From contig NW_003314393.1 of NCBI RefSeq assembly GCF_000143415.4, positions 114,694-178,693 on the forward strand: 64,000 bases of DNA. The letters are read 5' to 3'. Below the pieces are notes generated by a model. It was given only the letters and a program-made list of their open reading frames with translations, was not told the DNA's origin and ran no database searches. This DNA is from Selaginella moellendorffii (Eukaryota; Plantae; Lycopodiophyta). Positions 39,214 to 50,341 of this stretch are shown one piece after another. Each line of letters opens with the position of its first letter. The stretch's first letter is position 1. The position numbers and the translations under genes were made by a program.

Positions 39214-42200
39214 ATGGCCTTCAGGGTTGGGGAAAAGGTTTACATTTTGAATGGTGGGAAGAGAGTTGCAAAAGGGACCCTTGTGTCTATGGATCGGAAC
39301 TTTGTTATACACTGTCAAAGGCTTGGGGAAGGCAATGCTGCTGTATCAGTAGAGACTGTCTTCGATGGGAATGTGGTCGCTATTGAACGAGGAGAGATGG
39401 TCGTCGGGGTAAATGTTGTTGTTGCCTTGAAAAATCTTCAGAAGAAAGCAGATGTTGGGGACAGCGCAAGTGCGACGCATGTTCCCTCCGTGGATCTTAA
39501 GAACCGCGCTACATGGATTCAGGCGAAGGTGTTTCTAAACAACCCCGAGGGGGAGGTGGTAGCTGAGGGCTTAGCCACAGTTGTCGATCCAAGAGATGTG
39601 GTTGCTAATCAAGAATTGGGTTGAGATGATATTGAAGTTGTGATTTTAGAGGTTGTTAACACAGAAGAAAACAGTCTGACTATTGGAAGCATTGTGCGGT
39701 GGAAATTGAGGCACTTAGTGTTTGAGAATGTGAAGGATTCACAATCAAACACCACTACAACTGATGACAGAACATCTCTTCATGGGAAAAGAAAGTACAC
39801 CTTCCTAAAGCGCAGCCAAAGGGATCTGAGCAACGAACCGAAAAGGCAGAAAATGGCGATGGAGGTTCGAATGGTCTCGACAGTTGCTTGTTGCAAGAGG
39901 AGGTGCTGTCAACATGCTGATTGGGATGCTATTGAAGAGGAGAGAGCAAGATACAAGACATTGTCCTGGAAGGCAGCTCGCAATTTTGTGTATGAGGCAT
40001 TACGGTCATCTGTTGATGCTTCAGAACATCAGGTGGGGGGCATGGTCTTCCAGAGGGGTTTGGTCTGTATGAAGGCATGGAGAATCATTTATGGAGTCCC
40101 TCGAACCACATTCTACAGAATCAAAACTGAGTTCGAGGAACAAAGGGTTCAACAGGCAGTCCATGGGAACGACGGTACGCACAAAACCAGGGGTCATGTT
40201 GTATATGGAGGGGCAATGTTCAAGAGGTTTGTCGAGACATGTAGCGAGCAGCAACCACATAAAACCCGCCTCTTGGAAGATGGAACACGAGACACCCAAC
40301 GAGTTCTCCCTTCCATGTATACCAAGGGGGCCATATTGGAAGATGTGAATCGGGAACTCCAGAGTAATGGCTACAGGAAGCTGAGCCAATCTAGATTTAG
40401 TAGATTGTGGAGCAACAGGTTCAGGGATGTGAGTATAAGAAAGTACTCCAGCTTTTCAAAGTGTGACGAGTGCACTGCTATCAAAATGGCTTTGTCGAAG
40501 AATTCTTGCAGCGCTGAAGAGCGAGAGATGTTGGTTAGAAGGCGGCTCGACCACAACATCGAGCAGAGAAGCTGCAGGACTGCATATTATCATAACAGGA
40601 TTCTCTCCATGGAGAGACCTGACTGTTACCTCTGCATCATCCACGACAAAATGGACCAAAAAAAGACGTGCTTACCTCGACTCAATCCTGCCCCCAAGGC
40701 AATCTCTTTATCCATGCAGCTGCCTGTGTCTCTGTTTGGCATAATCGCTCATGGGCATGGTGCCCAGAACTATGGGAACTTCTTTGTACCTCTATGGGGT
40801 GGCGGGGGTGCAAACATGATGATTGCGTCCCTAGCAAAACACTTAAGGTCTCTGCAAAGTGCGCAGACTGAGCTGAACGGCCAACCCTTGCATAAGGCCC
40901 TTGTCGATCGAACCCCATACAGGGTTCAGCTGGAGAAGGAGCAAAGGCTTGCAGTATCGCATGGGGCCCCATGCCATCCCAGTGAATATGTTGGCCGTCA
41001 GATTGTAGGGTTATCACGTGAGGCCTCATGCCATTCCAACGAGGCTGGTCGCCCGGTGAATGCACAGCCTCATCCAAACGAAGCAGAATCTCAAGGAAGT
41101 TCTTGCGGCCAATGTGGCCTTCCACCCCATCTTCTGCTCCAAACAGACAATGCTGGCAGTGAGAACAAAAACATGTACGTCTTCGCGTACTTGGCGATGC
41201 TTGTTGCCAAAGGCATATTTGAAACGGTTACACTTGGCTTTCTCATGGTTGGGCACACTCATGAAGACATCGATGCCATGTTCAGTCACCTGGCAGAGTC
41301 CCTCCGGCGATCCAATGTCCTCACCCTCCCACAACTCTATGATGAATTCCAAAATTGCATCAAAGGCACTGTTGAAGCTGCACTTTTGACAGAGGTTCCA
41401 GACTTTAAGGGGTTTGTAAGAGGCTACATCAGGGACGGATCCGAAACGCTGATTGGCCACTCCAAGCCTCTTTAGTTTCATTTCAGCATGTGTGACGGTG
41501 CTCCAGTGATGAGGTACAAGATGAGAGAATGGGACACAGTGTGGCTGCCAGTGGACGGCATTGAACTCTTCAAGAAAGATCCCATATCTGGGAAACCTAT
41601 GATTCCTCAAGGTTCCCCACGGCCAATGCACCCGGATGGACTCAAAGACCAGGAAAGTATAGTGGCCGGGATTAGACAGCATATTGCCTTCTGGAAGAGG
41701 GGGTTGGTGTTTGGTGGAGAATCCTATTTTCAGAGGTGCAAGCCTTTGCACGAATACTGGGAGAAGATTATAACTGCTATCCAAAATGGGCCGGTTGTAT
41801 ATGAAGAATTGGAAGAGTCCTTTTGGCCAGAACCCAGAGCACCAGATAGTAGCGGAACAATGTCCTCTGGAAATGTAGTGACAGATAACGATGTTGAGGA
41901 TCACTATTGTGGGCCGAGGAACAAGAAGCCGGATTTAGCATTCAATCCAGTACAGGTCTGCAAAGGAATGGTCATGCTTGTCAGACCCAGTAATAAAAAA
42001 CAAATGATATGGGTGGGGCGTTGCATCACTGATGCAGAGGAAGACGCGGAAACTAACTCCTTCAATGTAACTGTGGAGTGGTTCAAGCCAAGTTCCGGAT
42101 ATACGAAGGATTGCCTAGAAAAGAGATGGGTGCTGAATCCAAGGGATCCCAGCATGAGCATATCGGTGGATAATGTTGTGCATGGTTGGATGCGGAAGCA

Positions 42201-42355
42201 GAGTGCCACCATCACCTTGCCAGACCATGCAAGAGATGCAGCAAGAGCATTCATAACCCGGGTTCAAGGTGAGATTCATGAATATTCCTTTACTAAGTTT
42301 CTAATGTATTTTATTTCAAGGTGAACAATCCGAATCTGAATCAGAGGAGGCGTGA
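39214..42355 (+). pseudogene. Sola-like transposase (~1030 aa) with two premature stops; tandem N-terminal Tnp1/En-Spm-like domains
   Basis: ORFs 39214, 39640 and 41488 share one frame; HDKMDQ, QTDNAGSENKN and GFLMVGHTHEDIDAMFS catalytic motifs; 5'UTR intron 38903-39212; terminal intron 42269-42320. Confidence 0.8.
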
Positions 42356-43669
42356 TGGCATGTGGCCTGAGATGATGTGACATATGCATTTACCAATCAC
42401 ACGTGCATAAATCTAATAATATGGCGTGTGGCCCATATTAATGGCACATAAACCCATATTGTGGGCTTACGTGCTTTATGTACCATCATTCCCTTGCAGC
42501 ATATATGTTGGTTTCCTTTTATAACACAACGAACTCCATATTTTAGGGTGAAGAGCGTTCTCATGGCAAGCACAAAATCTGTAAGTGAGGCAGAAAAGGA
42601 GACGGAGAAGGAGATAGGTGAAGATGTAGAATATATAAGTCTTCCAAACTCCCCGTACTATACTCCAGGTGATCATTTTTCTGAACAAACGGCAACATTA
42701 ACAACTATCGAGAACGCCCCAGTAACGTCAGAGACAACAATCCAAAGCAAAACAACTGACCCGGAGAAGGATGATAGTACCGCTGAGAGTACCAAAAAGG
42801 AGGTGTCCACTAGCGCTTAGGCTTATAATGGCGTGTGCCCTCATGCCATTTACTTGATCACCAAATACCTTTTTCCCTTTGCACTAGTATATCTTAATAC
42901 CGGTCTGAGAAATAGAATGGCATGTGCCCTCAGGCCTTTTACTAAATCACCTTTGAAAGAAATGCAAGCCTCTATGTCGTAAAAAAAAGGTACTAGAGAA
43001 ATTCCTTAATAATATGAATGTTATTTAGTTTCATGAAAATACACTAAGGGTGGTCAAATGAGTTAAATGACTTCTCCAGACTAGCAATGCCTCTTGCTAC
43101 ACCTTCACAATTAGATTCGTTAGAAAAAGATAACATTGAATAATATCTAAATGTTCTCACCATTAAGTTATATGTCTGGCTAATAGGAATGACGTTTATC
43201 TTGGAAAGCTCACCACACGCTCAATGAACAAACAAATAGTATGTGCGCGCATGCCATCGCTCTTCTTTAGCTTCAGATTCGGCTTGTTCACCTTGACAAT
43301 GAGATTTATTATACAACCAGATGGACTCAGTCTGGACATAAAGTCACCGCGCTAGTCACCATGCCCCAGATATGTCTAGCCCCTGGACAAAAAACATATA
43401 ATTTCACGTCATTTTCAAATACTTGAAAATTTGTACCTAGTCCCATTTTACTAAATAAATCCCACTTTAACGAAATAGAGCATTGAGGAAGTCCCAGAGG
43501 ACCGTGGGACTTAGTGGTCGGGCCTGTGGGCCTCGATCCAGTGGCAGTGTTGGCAAACCCGGCCAGGGGCAGAAAGGGACTTAGTGGAGACTGACAGAGG
43601 GATATTGGGGACCCTTGCCGGTGGGCATCCTAAGGATGCTAAGGAGTGGATCTGAGATGACCACTCACG

Positions 43670-44699
43670 GAGGGATTGCAGCAGACTGGAACCATCCAGG
43701 AATATGTGAATGGGTTCATGGCAAAGAGGATACTTGTCACGGACATGGGGGATATGGATGCGTTCCATGCCTTTATATCAGGTTTGCAAACCTGGGCTCG
43801 CGGTGAGGTGATGCGCTGGAACCCGACCAACTACAAGGAAGTATTGGATGCGGCCATCAAGGTGCATTTCAACGATAACCTGCGAAAGGGGAACACGACG
43901 GGGTCGGGATCCACGTTTAGCAAAGGCCAAACCAAGGGGAACGTATAGCAGGGGGAAATTCAAGAAGAGTTTCTCTAAGAATGAGTCCTCGGGGTTCCGG
44001 AAAGGCAAATCCGGTGGCCAGCGATCGAGTACATGGGGGAGTCAAGAAAAAAAAGACAAACCCACAGATAAGAAGGTCAAGTCATATAGTAGCGTGGAAA
44101 ACAACGTATGCTACAACTGCGGTGAAGAGGGACACTTTTCGAGGGAATGTCCCTACCCGAAGAAGACCAGAGCCAATATGGCCATCAAGTCGGGTGAAGT
44201 CCAAACTGAGGTATGTGATCTAGTCCCTAACTCAAAGTTACTCATTACATGAGCAACTTTGGTAGAGAGTCATTCGCGACATCTACTAGCCCTCCGAGGG
44301 AAGCTCGGAGGTAGCTTTGTTAAGATCCTTATTGACACGGGTGCTTTGGATAATTTTGTGGCTGCAGACATAGTCCGGCAAGCCGGACTAACGGTGCAGC
44401 GGCTAGGCGAACCAAAGACTATAGAGTTTGTTCAAGGTAGCCAAAGCACCAATGAGGTACTTCGACAAGCGAGAGTCGAAGTAGGGACATGGAAAGTAGA
44501 CATGGATTTTACCGTGTTGGACATAGCGGGATTTGACGTGATCTTCGGAATGGATTGGTTCAATCGGTTTGTGGTAGCCCTACATGGACAAGGTAGGAAC
44601 CTTGTGGTATTGGCGAATGCCCAAGGAAGAAGATCTAGGGTGGAGGTCCAAGAACCAGTTTTGAAGGGACTCTCCAGTTGGGCTTCCAAACCGACTTGA
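43670..44699 (+). mobile_element. Gypsy gag (CCHC knuckle) and aspartic protease fragment
   Basis: CYNCGEEGHFSREC; ILIDTGA; FDVIFGMDW. Confidence 0.9.
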
Positions 44700-45014
44700 G
44701 GTTGAGACTGGGACCGAGGGGCCTTGGGTGGGAGTGAGCATGGACTTGGCTGGTGCCGGAGGGGCCATCCAAGGAAGTGCTCAAGAGCAGCTCCCACTCC
44801 CGAAAGGGAAACCGATTGCATCCCAGACGAAGGTATCCACCGTGGGACTGCGGTACGGGTGGATGACTAGTTACCTCACATGGAATAGCTGGTCTACACA
44901 ATGGAAGGATTGGTAGATTGAGTGCGGAAATGGGGGTGCTGGTTCCCCTTGGCTCAGTAGGGGTTGCTAGTCAATGGTCAATGAGGACATTGACATCTCT
45001 AAAGGGGGGGTCAG

Positions 45015-46345
45015 TGTAGCGCATCTGGGATCTTCGCTCCAGGACTTAGGACTTGCTAGCCCCGAGAATGGCATCCATGCCACTCAACATTTACACTTGG
45101 TCCAAGTGCTCCACATGTCCGATCCCATGATCGACACTCAAAGGTACCACCGACATGGCAGCCTGTTACGCTAAGGCCCTGCCCAATCACCTTTGCCACA
45201 CTGGTAGTCCAATACCACTTGCATCACAGTCTTGGCTCTCCAAGACTAGGCAAACCATCCATGAGTGGTCATCTCAGATCCACTCCTTAGCATCCTTAGG
45301 ATGCCCACCGACAAGGGGACTAGCCTTCCCCAATATCCCTCTGTCAGTCCCCACTAAGTCCCTTTCTGCCCTTGGCCGTGTTTGCCAACACTGCCACTGG
45401 ATCGAGGCCCACAGGCCCAACCACTAAGTCCCACGGTCCCCTGGGACTTCCTCACCACATGACTGTGTCCTTGGTCAGTACCCCCGAGGACTGCTCCTCT
45501 TCCTTTCCATAGTCTGGGCCTTTGGGACCACATTTCGGAACACCGTGGCCTTACGCGAGCCACCTGGGTACTCTCCCCGCCTTCCGCCCTTGGGTGCTCT
45601 AGCCATGGGCTTAGAGCAAGGTTCCGTTGAGCCACGCCTGGTATCCAAGTAGGTAGTGCCACCCACACTTGGACTGGGAGCATCGGCCAGTCGATCTCCC
45701 GGGGGAACTAGAGCCGGCTCTCGAACACTTCACTAAGCTACCCCGCTTGTCGGTCCGTATTCACTCTAGTCTTGGACTTCCCAGTGGTCAGCTCATCACC
45801 CAACACTGGGTCTGGCCTTCCTGGGCCAAACTGGCCTTTTCTGGCCAAACTGGCTCCACTGGGCTCCAACCCCCACACTCTCCCTACTATACTTTTGGAA
45901 CCCCCCGCAGCGCCCCCCCCCCCCTGGGGGACGATCGCTTTGGGCTTTCACCCAACTGCCTGTATTAGTATTCGGACTTGGACTCGGACTCGGACTCGGA
46001 CTCGGACTTGGTCTCGGTCCCGGATTCAGACTCGGACTCGGTCTCGGTCTCGGTCTCGGTCCTAGAGTCGGTCTTGGACTCGATCTTCGACTTGGTCCCA
46101 TCCGATGAACTCTTTGTCATTTTGGTCATGCTTTCCTTTAGCCTACGACACCTCGGCGAGTTGGTTCCTTACATCTTGGATCACAGTCTTGGCTCTCCAA
46201 GACTAGGCAATCCCTCCGTGAGTGGTCATCTTAGATCCACTCCTTAGCATCCTTAGGATGCCCACCGGCAAGGGGAATAGCCTTCCCCAATATCCCTCTA
46301 TCAGTCTCCACTAAGTCCTTTTTTGCCCCTGGCCGGGTTTGCCAA
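45015..46345. mobile_element. LTR-like repeat (family B) including a (GACTCG)n array at 45970-46090
   Basis: Follows a PPT and TG; homologous to 48343-49420 and, inverted, to 31020-31143 plus 43484-43678. Confidence 0.6.
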
Positions 46346-47659
46346 TAGGTACTAGGTTTTCCAGACCTTTAACTTATTAACTACGACCCCGGGGGCATCC
46401 CCCACACTTGGCGGTGCGCCCAAGCCAGCCCTTCCGGCCAAGGGTCCATAGCAACTGAGACTGGGTATCCCCATCTCATTCACCACGTCCTTGGTGCCAC
46501 TGGCACCAAAGTGTTCAAGTTAGATATGCTGAGCCACACTAATCAATCTAAGGTATCCACCGTGGGACTGCGGTATGGGTGGATGACTAGTTGCCTCACA
46601 TGGAATAGCTGGTCTACACAATGGAAGGATTGGTAGCTTGAGTGCAGAAATGGAGGTGCTGGTTCCCCTTGGCTCAGTAAGGGTTGTTAGTCAATAGTCA
46701 ATGAGGACATTGACATCTCTGAAAGGGGGGTGAGTGTAACGCATGTGATCATGGGATGAGATTTGGATATACTGTCATTGTGGATCCTTGGAACCTTGGG
46801 GGATAAATGGGGATAAAATAGCCACTAAGAGCTCTCACATCAAGAAATTGCCCCTTTTCCAGTTGGCTTAAGGGGAGAGAGATAAGGTGCGCTACAAAGA
46901 GGCAACATTTCAAAATATTGTGCCAAGTGAAGAGCATCATTAAGGGTGGCTAAAGCAAGTGCATGCACAAGTTTTACAAGATCTTGACAAGGTGTTAGTC
47001 ATAACAATCCCAACTTAATCCTCTTTGACATATTAGGCTTCTCATAAAGTAAGAGGCTTTGGAAATGAATGTTAAATTGCATCATGGACTCAAACAACCC
47101 TTGATAAAGACAATGCAATTGTTAAAAGGCATCATTACAATTGTTGACATATCTAAATGTGCATTTAAAGACTTTTGGAGAATGCTCCAATCCTCACGAG
47201 TGGTTGTGCTCAAACCATTGTACCATTGTAGTACTATCTCTTAGAAATATATGGGAAATTCATGCAAATGCCGAGCATCATCTCAAGAATGATATATAAT
47301 AATCACTGTGAAGTGATTGAACCAATAGTACACATCATCCTTAGGATTTCTACGGAAGAACTCCAACTAAACTTGAGGATTGGCAGCAAAAGCAGAAAGA
47401 GCTGTACCACACACTATGAATGCTGCTATCAAATGAGTCTAATTGTTCAATTATAACCATATAATATTGAGCAATTGCACCAATTGCTGCTGCAAAGTCA
47501 AAGGAGGAGGAGGCTGCTGGTATGCTATGAAAATGAATGAAAAGAAAAAAAACAAAAGAGAAAAAATTGAAAAAGCTATAAGAAAAGAGAGATTTAAACA
47601 ATGTAAAAGCTAGATTTAAAGGAGAATCCCAAATCCAAGTGCTCCTCAACTCCACTAAT

Positions 47660-48045
47660 ATGAGTGCATGGAATATGGAAAGAAAATATAGAAATATGCA
47701 TATCAATTAGCCCAAAAACCTTAGCTTATATATATGAGTAAGAGATTCGAATTGAAACCAATCTAATGGCTACCAAAATCCCACTATGTTAATATTAGTA
47801 TATAGTATTATAGCCGTACACTTGAACCTCATAAAATATAATAAAATTATAAACATATAATCTGTGAGTGTATGGAATATGGAAAGAGAATATAGAAATA
47901 TATATATTAATTAGCCCAAAAACCCTAGCTTATATACAAGAGTAAGTTATCCAGATTGAAACCAATCTGACAGCTACTAGAATCCTACTACGCTAATATT
48001 AGTATCATAGCCATACACATGGACCTCACAAATCTAAATATAAAA
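47660..48045. repeat. ~200-bp AT-rich tandem duplication
   Basis: TGAGTG(C/T)ATGGAATATGGAAAGA...CCCAAAAACC occurs at ~47661 and ~47865. Confidence 0.75.
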
Positions 48046-48342
48046 TTATTTCAAAAAGGAAATTAAAAGAAAAGACATATAATTTACATATTTAAAAGCT
48101 GGGATTTATATTAATTTTAAGATGGATTCTGTAAAAAAACTCTTGAAGAATAAAAATGATTTTAAAAATTATTTTTACTTATAAAAAAACTAATATTTCT
48201 GGATATCCTCAAGTATTTCTTGTTTCAAATGTATATATCACAAAAAATTTCTCTAAATAGTAGGAAGTAAATTACTTTCCAATATTAATATTAATATATA
48301 GTTCACAAGAGTAGCAACATCTCCTAATCCAAATGTAGGGTA

Positions 48343-49420
48343 TGCTAGCCCCAAGAATCGCCACTCAACATTTGCACTTGGTCCAAGTGCTCCACGTGTC
48401 CAATCCCATGATTAACACTCAAAGATACCACCAACATATTAACCTATTACACTAAGGCCATACCTATTCACCTTCGCCACACTGATGGTCCAACACGACC
48501 TACATCATAGTCCTGTCTCTAAAAAATTGGGCCATCCATCCATGAATGGTCATCTTAGATCCACTCCTTAGCATCCTAAGTATGCCCGTAGACATAGGGA
48601 ACAACTTTCCCTAATATCCCTTTTTCAGTCCCCATTAAGTCCCTTTTTGTCCATGGCTATATTTGCCAACACTGCCACTAGGTCACGGCACACCGACCCG
48701 ACCACTAAATCCCATTGTCTTTTGGGACTTCCTCACCATGTGACCGTATCCTTGGTCACTACACTAGAGGATTGCCCTTTTTCCTTTCCATAGTCTAGGA
48801 CTTTGGGATAACATTTCGAAACACTGTGGCACTATACAAGCCTCATGGGTACTCTCTCTACCTTCTGCCTTTGGGTGCTCTAGCCATGGGGCTAGAGTGA
48901 GGTTCCATTGACCCACGCTAGGTATCTAATGCCACCCATGCTTGGACTGGGAGCATCGACCATTCAATCTCCTGGAGGAACTAAAGCCAGCTCTTAAACA
49001 TTTCACTAAGCTAGCCCACTTGTCTGTCCATATTCATTCTATCTTTGGACTCCTCAGTGGATATATCATCACCCAGCACATGCGTATAGCGTTCCTGGGT
49101 CACACTAGCCTTTGCGCCCCCCGCCCCCTTTCCCCCAAGGGGACAACAGTTTATATTAATATTTTGACTCAGACTTGGTCTCAATCTCAGTTTTGGTTCC
49201 ATCTCGGACTCCATCCTATACTCCATTTTGGGTCCATCTAGGACTTCATCTTGGGTCCATCTTGGACTCCATTTTGGGTCCATCTTGGACTCCATTTCGG
49301 GTCCATCTCGAACTCTATCTCTGACTCCATTTCAGGTCCATTTCAAACTCCATCTCAGACTCTATTTCGGGTCCATCTCGGACTTCATTTCAAATCCATC
49401 TTAAACTCCATTTCGGGTCC
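48343..49420. mobile_element. Older copy of LTR-like family B ending in an 11/12-bp tandem array (CCATCTCGGACT)
   Basis: Collinear with 45055-45990; array at ~49190-49420 runs into the gap. Confidence 0.65.
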
Positions 49421-49931
49421 NNNNNNNNNNNNNNNNNNNNNNNNNNNNNNNNNNNNNNNNNNNNNNNNNNNNNNNNNNNNNNNNNNNNNNNNNNNNNNNN
49501 NNNNNNNNNNNNNNNNNNNNNNNNNNNNNNNNNNNNNNNNNNNNNNNNNNNNNNNNNNNNNNNNNNNNNNNNNNNNNNNNNNNNNNNNNNNNNNNNNNNN
49601 NNNNNNNNNNNNNNNNNNNNNNNNNNNNNNNNNNNNNNNNNNNNNNNNNNNNNNNNNNNNNNNNNNNNNNNNNNNNNNNNNNNNNNNNNNNNNNNNNNNN
49701 NNNNNNNNNNNNNNNNNNNNNNNNNNNNNNNNNNNNNNNNNNNNNNNNNNNNNNNNNNNNNNNNNNNNNNNNNNNNNNNNNNNNNNNNNNNNNNNNNNNN
49801 NNNNNNNNNNNNNNNNNNNNNNNNNNNNNNNNNNNNNNNNNNNNNNNNNNNNNNNNNNNNNNNNNNNNNNNNNNNNNNNNNNNNNNNNNNNNNNNNNNNN
49901 NNNNNNNNNNNNNNNNNNNNNNNNNNNNNNN
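49421..49931. other. Assembly gap
   Basis: Run of N. Confidence 0.99.
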
Positions 49932-50341
49932 ATTGGTCTCTTGTATCCCTTTTCTAGAGATCACTTATTGCTTGCTTCATGCTTGTACCTTGAGCACTTC
50001 ATTGGGAGTCAACTCCCACTCTCGACTGTCCAAGTTAGCACTTTTAGTCCAAACATGTTACTCTTGTTTGGCTTCCACTACCAATATAGCAATATAACAA
50101 TATACCCTTGAGCCTCACTTTGACTGATGTTGACCACATGGTCAAAACTAGAACCTAACAATTCTTACCCCCCAACAAAGTTCATGTCCCAAAGATGAGT
50201 TTTACCGGTGATCATCCTTTCTGGGAAACCCTGCTCAAGCTCCTAGTCCATCTTCCATAGCTATATATATTAAGGAGGCATTACTTCATATGGACCAGTA
50301 TATCGATGGGAAAGTTTGTCACTCTTCCCTATTCATAAAGG

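Larger units (their letters stand above)
31144..43483 (+). mobile_element. Sola-like DDD cut-and-paste DNA transposon, 12.3 kb, with cargo gene
   Basis: TIRs AAGCTCTATTTCGTTAAAGTGGGA (31144-31167) and 43460-43483, 23/24 match; 4-bp TSD TGAG; empty-site sequence visible as the reverse complement around 45440-45470. Confidence 0.85.
27678..46896 (+). mobile_element. Composite LTR element with 162-bp LTRs hosting nested MULE, Sola-like and Gypsy pieces
   Basis: LTRs 27678-27839 and 46735-46896; 5-bp TSD AAGAG on both sides; PBS TGGTATTGGAGC at ~27842; PPT GAAAGGGGGTGAG before the 3' LTR. Confidence 0.75.

Noticed and set aside
41026-41904. 292-aa minus-strand ORF and other antisense ORFs over the transposase, LINE and pol
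   Set aside because: Shadow frames of the real coding strand
31241-43260. Palindromic repeats read as a CRISPR array
   Set aside because: Spacing is irregular, copies lie in introns and exons, there are no cas genes, and the context is eukaryotic
49251-50111. Long ORFs spanning N runs (also 61831-62395)
   Set aside because: Artefacts of translating gaps
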